The notes below the pieces were generated by a model, which was not told the origin of the DNA, did no database searches, and saw only the letters and a list, made by a program, of their open reading frames with translations. DNA of 64,000 nucleotides from Clostridia bacterium (GTDB lineage: Bacteria; Bacillota; Clostridia; TANB77; CAG-508): positions 15,362-79,361 of the forward strand of contig JAAWKD010000001.1 in NCBI GenBank assembly GCA_022797215.1, written 5' to 3'. This document shows positions 29,802 to 37,412 of this stretch, one piece after another; the stretch's first letter is position 1, and the number at the start of each line of letters is the position of its first letter. A program made the translations under genes and the position numbers.

Positions 29802-30216
29802 TTTTATTTCCTCCTATTTTTTTTAATTCTTCTACTTGGCGAATCATATGTCCAATATTTCCTTCTCCTGCAAATTTCGTATAGTCAAAAAAATTCTCTT
29901 GTTTATCCATCCACTGTAATTGATTTACTTCTTCTATCAGTTGTACTTCTTTATTTAACTTACCATAAAAAACCTCTAATTCCATATTAGCCAAGGGATA
30001 CTGAAAATTCATTAGATGTGAAAGCGAAATATCTTGATTTGTAATTCCTGTTTCTTCTTGCAATTCTCTGTAAGCCGCATGTAACTCTTCCTCATTAGGC
30101 TCTACTTTCCCTCCTACTAAATTAAATTTTCCTTTAAATGGTTCTTTTGCTCTTTGACACATTAATATTTTATCTTCATTTTGATTATATACTAATATTA
30201 GATTTAATTTTTTCAT
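29794..30216 (-). CDS. NUDIX hydrolase
   Basis: Nudix box GGKVEPNEEELHAAYRELQEETGI. Confidence 0.88.
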   Translation of the reverse strand: MKKLNLILVYNQNEDKILMCQRAKEPFKGKFNLVGGKVEPNEEELHAAYRELQEETGITNQDISLSHLMNFQYPLANMELEVFYGKLNKEVQLIEEVNQLQWMDKQENFFDYTKFAGEGNIGHMIRQVEELKKIGGNKNE

Positions 30217-30350
30217 GTCTTATTCCTCCTAAAGTTTCAATTCACGGTTCCATTATATCACAAGTCTTATAAAGTTGTCTATGGGTATAAATATAAGTAA
30301 ATATGGAATCCACTGAAGTATTGACGAGTTTCCATCCATAAAACCAACCA

Positions 30351-30379
30351 GCAGAAGGGCGTATAAAACGCCCCTCTGC
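30351..30379 (-). terminator. Intrinsic terminator after the MATE-fusion gene
   Basis: GCAGAGGGGCG-ttttata-CGCCCTTCTGC on the minus strand, followed by a U-rich tract. Confidence 0.75.
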
Positions 30380-30384
30380 TTATT

Positions 30385-32391
30385 TTAATGTATTTCTATT
30401 TTTTCTTTCTCTCTAATCATTTCACAGATTAACTCTGCTGCTTTTTCAACTCCTAATTTATCACTATTGATGCAAATATCATAATTTGAATGGTCTTTCC
30501 ATTCTCTTTCTGTATAGTGCTTATAATGATTTCCTCTTAATTTATCAATTCTTTTGATTTCTTTTTCTGCCTTTGCTTGATCAAAACCATAAATCTCAGT
30601 TGCTCTTTTCACTTTATCTTTCATATCGCTATAAATAAATACTTTTAAAACATCATCTCTATCCTTTAAAATAAAGTCTGCACATCTACCAATCATAACA
30701 CTCGATTCTTGATTTGCTAATCTCTTAATTAATTCTGATTCCTTTAAAAATAAGTCATCACTATTATTAATTCCTATATAATATCCATTATTAAAATTAC
30801 TTAGTTTAGGCATTTTTTGCTCATTTTCTTCAATATATTCTTCAGATAATCCTGTTTCCTGTGCTAGTTGTTCAATAAAATCTTTATCATAAAATTTAAT
30901 GCCTAATTTGTCCGCAACTAATCTTCCTACATATCTTCCACCAGAGCCATACTCTCTAGCTATTGTAATAACAATATGCCTATTCAATTGATTATCTGTA
31001 CTAGTATCATCCACTAAAGCTTTGCTTTCAACTTTCTTGTTCCCTAGCTTTCTTAATTCTAATACTAATAGTATTACAGCAATTACAAATGCAAAACCAT
31101 CTGCTACTGGTCCTGAATAGAGTACTCCTTTTAGTCCAAATAGCTTGCCTAAAATAATCATGGCTGGAATTAAGAATAATACTTGTCTAGATAATGACAA
31201 AATTGCACTTTTTACACTCTTTCCAATTGCTTGGAAGAAGATACCTGCTGGTATTTGAATTCCGTTACAAATACATAATAGCAGATAATTTCTAAAGGCA
31301 ATACAAGCAAATTCCATATAGTTTTCATCTCCACTACCAAAGATAGAAATTAATTGCTCTGGAATAGTTTGGAATAGAATAAATGCTATTGTACTAATAA
31401 TAACACTGCAACCTAAAACTGTTTTTAATGTTTTCTTTACTCTGTCATATTTTCCCGCACCATAGTTATATCCAACTATTGGTTGCGAACCTGCTGCAAT
31501 TCCAATAATAATACTATTTAAAATTTGACTAATTTTCATCACAATACCAAATACTGTAATTGGTATTTCAGAACCAAACTTAGACTCTGCACCATATTGT
31601 CCTAGTAAGTTATTTTCAAATGCCATTACAACAACAAAACTCATTTGCGTAATAAAACTACTAATTCCTAATGTAGCTACTTTTTTAAGACTATTAAATT
31701 GTGGTTTAAAAGTCTCTTTTTTTACATCAATAGATTGGAATTTTCTAATATATAAAATATTCATTATAAAAGTTAAAATTTGGCTGATAATTGTTGCAAT
31801 TGCTGCTCCTTGTACTCCCATTTTAAATACAAAGATAAAAATAGGATCTAATATAACATTAAGAATTGCTCCTCCTACCATAGAAGTCATTGCATATTTA
31901 GGATTTCCATCTGCTCTAATAATAGAATTTAAAGTAGTCCCTATTATCATAAACGGTAACCCTATAGCAATAATATATCCATAGTTCAAAGCATATTCTC
32001 TTAAATTGTCAGTACATCCAAAGATATTTAATAACTGTGGTAAAAAGATTAATGTACTAACGCATATGAATACTGCAACAACAACAGATAACAAAATTCC
32101 GTTTGCTACACCTTTACTAGCTTCTTCTTTCTTCTTTTCTCCCAATTTCAAGCTTAAATAAGCAGAAGATCCATCTCCAAACATAAGGGCAAATGCCAAA
32201 CAAACTATCACTATAGGAAATACTACATTTGTTGCTCCATTTCCTAGATATCCAACTCCCCAGCCAATAAATATTTGGTCTACAATATTATATAGTGAGT
32301 TTACTAATAGAGAAATAATACAAGGTATAGAAAATTTCTTGATTAACCTTCCTATTTTTTCTGTTCCTAAAATATTTTCTTGTTTTTCCAT
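30385..32391 (-). CDS. MATE-family efflux transporter fused to a C-terminal cytidylate-kinase-like (P-loop) domain
   Basis: About 450 aa with 12 TM helices in a MATE pattern, then ITIAREYGSGGRYVGRLVADKLGIKFYDKD, which is typical of the cytidylate-kinase-like family. Confidence 0.75.
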   Translation of the reverse strand: MEKQENILGTEKIGRLIKKFSIPCIISLLVNSLYNIVDQIFIGWGVGYLGNGATNVVFPIVIVCLAFALMFGDGSSAYLSLKLGEKKKEEASKGVANGILLSVVVAVFICVSTLIFLPQLLNIFGCTDNLREYALNYGYIIAIGLPFMIIGTTLNSIIRADGNPKYAMTSMVGGAILNVILDPIFIFVFKMGVQGAAIATIISQILTFIMNILYIRKFQSIDVKKETFKPQFNSLKKVATLGISSFITQMSFVVVMAFENNLLGQYGAESKFGSEIPITVFGIVMKISQILNSIIIGIAAGSQPIVGYNYGAGKYDRVKKTLKTVLGCSVIISTIAFILFQTIPEQLISIFGSGDENYMEFACIAFRNYLLLCICNGIQIPAGIFFQAIGKSVKSAILSLSRQVLFLIPAMIILGKLFGLKGVLYSGPVADGFAFVIAVILLVLELRKLGNKKVESKALVDDTSTDNQLNRHIVITIAREYGSGGRYVGRLVADKLGIKFYDKDFIEQLAQETGLSEEYIEENEQKMPKLSNFNNGYYIGINNSDDLFLKESELIKRLANQESSVMIGRCADFILKDRDDVLKVFIYSDMKDKVKRATEIYGFDQAKAEKEIKRIDKLRGNHYKHYTEREWKDHSNYDICINSDKLGVEKAAELICEMIREKEKIEIH

Positions 32392-32440
32392 ATGTTCCTC
32401 CTTCTATTTTCCATCTTCTTTTTGTCTTTTGAGCCACATA

Positions 32441-32465
32441 AAAAACACCCTTTTAGGTGTTTTTT
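32441..32465 (-). terminator. Intrinsic terminator after rpmF
   Basis: ACACC-taaaag-GGTGT followed by TTTTT on the minus strand. Confidence 0.7.
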
Positions 32466-32522
32466 GCTACATTACAATTAATTTCTAATTTTCATTTTGC
32501 AAAATTCATATGAGATCTATTA

Positions 32523-32705
32523 CTAGTTTTCAGATTTTGCAACTACTTCTTTTCCATCATAGTATCCACAATTTGGGCATACTCTATGTTGTAATACTTT
32601 TTCGTGGCAATGTGGACAATCAACTAAATTTTGATTTTCTAATTTCCATGTAGATCTTTTTAAATGTGTTCTTGCTTTTGACCATCTTCTTTTTGGTTGT
32701 GCCAT
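32523..32705 (-). CDS. rpmF: 50S ribosomal protein L32
   Basis: MAQPKRRWSKARTHLKRS... with a CPHC...CPNC zinc ribbon, 60 aa. Confidence 0.95.
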   Translation of the reverse strand: MAQPKRRWSKARTHLKRSTWKLENQNLVDCPHCHEKVLQHRVCPNCGYYDGKEVVAKSEN

Positions 32706-32780
32706 TTTTATTCCCTCCCTTAACTGTCATTTTCTCTATATCTATATTAAAATTTGTTACATAAAATTACGTACTATAAG

Positions 32781-32809
32781 ATTATACTCGTTTTTCATTT
32801 GTTTGTCAA
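32781..32809 (-). promoter_or_regulatory. Consensus sigma-A promoter for rpmF
   Basis: Minus strand TTGACA-17 nt-TATAAT, about 75 nt upstream of the rpmF start. Confidence 0.7.
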
Positions 32810-32845
32810 CCAATTTTCGCTTAATTTTCAAGATATTTTTGTTAT

Positions 32846-33506
32846 CTACTCTTCAAAAGTAATTCCATCTATGCAATTATCAAAAATAAATTGTTTTATT
32901 TTGTTCTTCTCATTAGTCTCATAAAACTCTGATAATAAAATGTTAAATTGTTTTAAGCAATTATCTGGAACCTTAATAATTCCGCACCCATTTCCTATCA
33001 TAATTTTATTAGCACAAATTGTGCTAGTTCTTTTATTCCCATCCCAAAATAGCTGACTTCTCATTCCATATAACATATATTCAATTGCTCTATCTGTTGC
33101 ATTCTCTATTTGCATAATTTGTAAAATTTGTTTTTCTACCTTTTCTTTGTTTGGAACTTCTGGTATATAGTCTGTACCAGTTATTTGGACATTACCGATT
33201 TCTTAAAATCCCCCATGCAATACTTTCATTTCTTGCCACAAATTCATTTACTTTGCAAATAAAATTCAAATCAAATTCATCTTGAATATTATTTATGGTA
33301 TATTTCCATGCATCTTTTAAATTTAAAATACATTGAATTTCATCAATTTTTAAATTTGGAACATTTACACCTTCTAAAATTGTTTTTGTTTCAGGAAATG
33401 TGATGTTTAATCCTTCCATTCTTGCGTTTGCATAGATATTATCTACTAAATTTCTTTTGGCTAAAAATATATTTTGTTCTAATGTTAAATGATATTTGTT
33501 TTCCAT
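32846..33506 (-). pseudogene. Fic/Fido-family protein, frameshifted and with degenerate active-site motif
   Basis: ORF 33192..33506 ends ...WGILRNR*. The next frame continues GNVQITGTDYIPEVP... into ORF 32846..33115, with an extra base at ~33197. The motif reads QLFWDGNKRTS instead of HPFxDGNGR. Confidence 0.7.
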
Positions 33507-33621
33507 TTTTTATCCTACCTATTATTTTATTTAGCAATATTCTACTATAGTACTTGGAAAATAGCAAGGCTGTTTTTTCACAAATTTTCGTCATCTTGGT
33601 AAAAAAGATTGTTAAAAATTC

Positions 33622-33643
33622 AGGGTGCCGTAACCGACACCCT
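33622..33643 (-). terminator. Intrinsic terminator after the 63-aa ORF
   Basis: AGGGTG-tcggttacgg-CACCCT then gaattttt on the minus strand. Confidence 0.6.
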
Positions 33644-33673
33644 TTTAGAATTGCCTTGTGTATATGCCCCGTT

Positions 33674-33865
33674 TCAGTTCTTTCCTTCCAAAATGCTCCA
33701 TTGGCCAGAAGTAAGTCCGATCCGTCTCATGATTTCCTGCCTTTTCTCCTCTGTGAGTTTTCGCTTAGAGGTAACATAAGCCTCATGTCTTCTCCCATCC
33801 AGAGCCACTTCAACTCTCATTTTGCTAGAGAGTTCAAAAGTACACTTGCTCATCATGATATTCAT
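33674..33865 (-). CDS. Hypothetical small protein (63 aa) in GC-richer islet
   Basis: ORF with AAAGGA upstream and its own terminator. Local G+C is clearly above the flanks. No family recognised. Confidence 0.45.
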   Translation of the reverse strand: MNIMMSKCTFELSSKMRVEVALDGRRHEAYVTSKRKLTEEKRQEIMRRIGLTSGQWSILEGKN

Positions 33866-34047
33866 ATCTTACAATCCTTTCTACTACCTGCAAAGCAGGT
33901 TAATATTTATATTATACTACTTTATTTGACATTTTTTCAGTATTATGTTAAACTTTAAAAGATTTCTATTGATTAAGGATGTATCTGACTAGGTATATTC
34001 CTAATAGGAATTGCAATCCGAGCAAATAAAATTTTGGAGGTTATTAC

Positions 34048-34236
34048 ATGAATACCTATCAAAAGAGTTGCGACAAGGTAAAAAAAATCCTTGCAGGCGA
34101 GAGAGAATCTCATTTTCTTTTTCTTTATCCCTCGCTTGCTAAAAGACTGGAAAGAGAGTTTCCTATCACGCTAATAATTCGACGGTCCAGTCCCAAGCAA
34201 ACTAACTGCTTTCTTTTCGAGGTAATTCCCCTCTAA
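34048..34236 (+). CDS. Hypothetical small protein (62 aa) in GC-richer islet
   Basis: GGAGG lies 7 nt upstream of the ATG. A TTGACA-17-TAAACT promoter-like site is at 33925. Followed by a strong hairpin at 34259. Confidence 0.4.
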   Translation: MNTYQKSCDKVKKILAGERESHFLFLYPSLAKRLEREFPITLIIRRSSPKQTNCFLFEVIPL

Positions 34237-34258
34237 TTTCTGAGATTGCAACCTAAAC

Positions 34259-34290
34259 AACAGAGCGCATCCGAAAGGATACGCTCTGTT
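34259..34290. terminator. Strong hairpin shared by convergent 62-aa ORF and ppdK
   Basis: AACAGAGCGCATCC-GAAA-GGATACGCTCTGTT, a 14-bp stem with 1 mismatch and a GNRA loop. Confidence 0.75.
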
Positions 34291-34314
34291 AGCTTTTATA
34301 ACATAACCATTTTC

Positions 34315-36939
34315 TTATCTTGGCTTCTTAATTGCTGCTTGAGCTGCTGCTAATCTTGCGATTGGAACTCTAAATGGTGAACATGATACATAAGTCAAAC
34401 CAATATTATGGCAGAACTCAACTGTTGGTGGGTTTCCACCATGCTCTCCACAAATTCCTAAATGAATATCAGGTCTTGTAGCTTTTCCCATGTCTACAGC
34501 CATTTTTACTAATTTTCCAACACCAGTTTGGTCTAATTTAGCAAATGGATCTGTTTCATAGATTTTCTTTTCATAGTAAGAACCTAAGAATTTTCCTGCA
34601 TCATCACGACTAAATCCAAATGTCATTTGTGTTAAATCATTTGTACCAAATGAGAAGAATTCAGCTTCTTTTGCAATTTCATCAGCTGTTAATGCTGCTC
34701 TAGGAATTTCAATCATAGTTCCTACTTCATATTTTAAAGATACACCAGCATTTGCAATTTCTTCATCTGCTGCCTTTACAATAATGTCTTTTACATATTT
34801 TAATTCTTTCAATTCACCAACTAATGGAACCATAATTTCAGGAACAACATTCATTCCTTCTTTATTTACATTAATAGCTGCTCTAATAATTGCTCTTGTT
34901 TGCATTGCTCCAATTTCTGGGTAGGTAACATCTAGACGGCATCCTCTGTGTCCCATCATTGGATTGAATTCGTGTAAGCTTACTACTACATCTTTTAATT
35001 CTTGGAAAGTCATTCCCATTTCTTTTGCTAATGTTGTTATTTCTTCGTCTGTATGTGGTAAGAACTCATGTAGTGGTGGATCTAATAGACGAATCGTTAC
35101 TGGATAACCTTTCATAGTTTTAAATAATCCTTCAAAGTCACCTTGTTGCATTGGAAGAATTTTAGCTAGAGCTTTTTCTCTTTGTTCTGCTGTTTTAGAA
35201 ACAATCATTTCACGAATAGCCGCAATTCTTTCTGGAGCAAAGAACATATGCTCTGTACGACATAATCCAATACCTTGTGCACCAAAGTTGTATGCAACTT
35301 CTGCATCTTTTGGAGTATCAGCATTTGTTCTAACTTCCATTTGACGATACTCATCAGCCCAGCCCATTAATTTTGCAAAATCTCCTGATACTTGAGCTTC
35401 TACTGTATCAATCTTTTCACCATATACATTTCCTGTTGAACCATCTAATGAAATATAATCACCTTCATGATATACATTTCCTTGTGGATCTTTAAAGTTT
35501 CCTGCCTCTTCATTTACAACTAATTCTCCACAACCAGCTACACAGCATGTTCCCATACCACGTGCAACAACGGCTGCATGTGATGTCATACCACCACGAA
35601 CTGTTAGGATACCGTGGCATACATTCATTCCATCAATATCTTCTGGAGATGTCTCAAGTCTTACTAAGATTAAATCTTTATCTCCTTTTTCAAACAATTC
35701 TACTGCTCTATCAGCTGTAAATACAACTTTACCTGTTGCAGCACCTGGTGAAGCAGCTAGTCCTTTTGCAACTGGCTTAGCAGCTTTTAATTTTGCTTGA
35801 TCAAAGTTTGGATGTAATAATTGATCTAATTGATTTGGTTCCACTCTTAAAACAGCTTCTTTTTCTGTAATCATTCCTTCATTTACTAATTCTACTGCTA
35901 TTCTAAGTGCAGCATTTGCAGTTCTTTTACCATTTCTTGTTTGTAAGAAGAATAGTTTTCCTCTTTCAATAGTAAATTCCATATCTTGCATATCTTTATA
36001 ATGATCTTCTAATAGATTAGCATATTTTACGAAATCTGCATAGGCTGCAGGATTTGTTTGCTCTAATGTAGCAATTGGTTGTGGTGTTCTAATACCTGCA
36101 ACAACATCTTCACCTTGTGCATTCATTAAATATTCACCAAATAATGCTTTTTCTCCAGTTGCTGGGTTACGTGTAAATGCAACACCAGTTCCGCAATCGT
36201 CTCCCATATTTCCGAAGACCATTTCTTGAACGTTAACGGCTGTTCCCCAACTTCCTGGGATATCATTTAATCTTCTATATGTAATAGCTCTTGGATTATT
36301 CCATGAACGGAATACTGCCTTTACAGCTTCTTTTAATTGTTCTGTTGGATTACTTGGAAATTCACTTCCATGTTCTTTTAAGTAGATTCCTTTGAAGATT
36401 GCAACTAATTCTTTTAAATCTGCTGCTGTCAATTCTGTATCTTGTTTTACGCCTCTTTTTTCTTTCATAGCGTCAATTTCTTTTTCAAATAGTGGCTTTG
36501 GTATTTCCATAACAACATCACTAAACATTTGAATAAATCTTCTATAACTATCATAAGCAAATCTTTCATTTTTTTGTGCCATGCTTGCTGCAACTTCTTC
36601 ATTTAAACCTAAGTTTAAGATAGTGTCCATCATACCTGGCATTGAAGCTCTTGCTCCTGAACGTACTGATACTAATAATGGGTTTTCTACATCTCCGAAT
36701 TTTTTGCCTGTAATCTCTTCTAATTTTGAAAGAGCAGCAAAAATTTCATCTTCGATTTCTTTTGCGATTTTTTCTCCATCTTCATAATATCTTGTGCAAG
36801 CCTCTGTTGTTACTGTGAAACCTTGTGGAATTGGTAAACCTAAATTAGTCATTTCTGCAAGGTTTGCTCCTTTTCCTCCTAAAAGTTCACGCATGTTTGC
36901 GTTTCCTTCTTTGAATAAGTAAACATACTTTTGACTCAT
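34315..36939 (-). CDS. ppdK: Pyruvate, phosphate dikinase
   Basis: 874 aa. N-terminus GGKGANLAEM, phospho-His region GGMTSHAAVVARG, PEP-utiliser C-terminus GICGE. Confidence 0.97.
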   Translation of the reverse strand: MSQKYVYLFKEGNANMRELLGGKGANLAEMTNLGLPIPQGFTVTTEACTRYYEDGEKIAKEIEDEIFAALSKLEEITGKKFGDVENPLLVSVRSGARASMPGMMDTILNLGLNEEVAASMAQKNERFAYDSYRRFIQMFSDVVMEIPKPLFEKEIDAMKEKRGVKQDTELTAADLKELVAIFKGIYLKEHGSEFPSNPTEQLKEAVKAVFRSWNNPRAITYRRLNDIPGSWGTAVNVQEMVFGNMGDDCGTGVAFTRNPATGEKALFGEYLMNAQGEDVVAGIRTPQPIATLEQTNPAAYADFVKYANLLEDHYKDMQDMEFTIERGKLFFLQTRNGKRTANAALRIAVELVNEGMITEKEAVLRVEPNQLDQLLHPNFDQAKLKAAKPVAKGLAASPGAATGKVVFTADRAVELFEKGDKDLILVRLETSPEDIDGMNVCHGILTVRGGMTSHAAVVARGMGTCCVAGCGELVVNEEAGNFKDPQGNVYHEGDYISLDGSTGNVYGEKIDTVEAQVSGDFAKLMGWADEYRQMEVRTNADTPKDAEVAYNFGAQGIGLCRTEHMFFAPERIAAIREMIVSKTAEQREKALAKILPMQQGDFEGLFKTMKGYPVTIRLLDPPLHEFLPHTDEEITTLAKEMGMTFQELKDVVVSLHEFNPMMGHRGCRLDVTYPEIGAMQTRAIIRAAINVNKEGMNVVPEIMVPLVGELKELKYVKDIIVKAADEEIANAGVSLKYEVGTMIEIPRAALTADEIAKEAEFFSFGTNDLTQMTFGFSRDDAGKFLGSYYEKKIYETDPFAKLDQTGVGKLVKMAVDMGKATRPDIHLGICGEHGGNPPTVEFCHNIGLTYVSCSPFRVPIARLAAAQAAIKKPR

Positions 36940-37087
36940 AAAGAACCTCCTTATAATATTGTTATATTATTTTAAATAATATACATTTTGTTTCCCGAGT
37001 AAATTCTACCCTAAAACTGACCCTATTATATCGATAAACCCTAAAAAAGTAAAGTACTTTTTGAAATTTTAAGGACATAAGAAAAGC

Positions 37088-37285
37088 AAAAAAAGCGGTA
37101 GGCTGTAATTATATAACCTACCACTTGATTACCTTTTCTGCTTCACCTTTTTCCCACTCGGGAGTTTCTACATTTCTGGCTCCTTTCGGAGCCTACAGAA
37201 AACCTGAGGTATACCTTTTACTTCGGGGCGTCCGCATTGCGAACATTCCTCCTTTTTAGAATTACTAGGACGATTGCCTAGCACA
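37088..37285 (-). ncRNA. Candidate stand-alone structured sRNA (~200 nt), family not identified
   Basis: Bounded by a TTGACA-17-TACAAT promoter and the terminator GGTAGG-N14-CCTACC+U7. Internal hairpins CTAGG/CCTAG, GUUCGC/GCGGAC and GGCUCC-GAAA-GGAGCC. No convincing ORF. Confidence 0.55.
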
Positions 37286-37291
37286 ATTATT

Positions 37292-37320
37292 ATTGTAACT
37301 CCATATTATGTAAATGTCAA
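37292..37320 (-). promoter_or_regulatory. Near-consensus sigma-A promoter of the candidate sRNA
   Basis: Minus strand TTGACA (37320-37315), 17-nt spacer, TACAAT (37297-37292). Confidence 0.65.
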
Positions 37321-37412
37321 TAGCTTTTTGATAATTTTTCCATTTATTTCATAAAAAGTATTTAAGTATGAGACTTTCTTCCTTTAAAAATGCTTTTTTA
37401 ATATGTCAGCTA

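Noticed and set aside
33554-33958. 134-aa plus-strand ORF in the GC-richer islet.
   Set aside because: It lies antisense to the 63-aa ORF, which has an RBS and terminator. It has no RBS, and it is a shadow-type ORF favoured by the higher local GC.
37160-37250. Small ORF MFAMRTPRSKRYTSGFL inside the candidate sRNA as a leader peptide or toxin.
   Set aside because: The SD-like AAGGAGG is only 1 nt from the first ATG. The peptide is neither hydrophobic (type I toxin-like) nor enriched in a regulatory amino acid. It is kept only as a remark.
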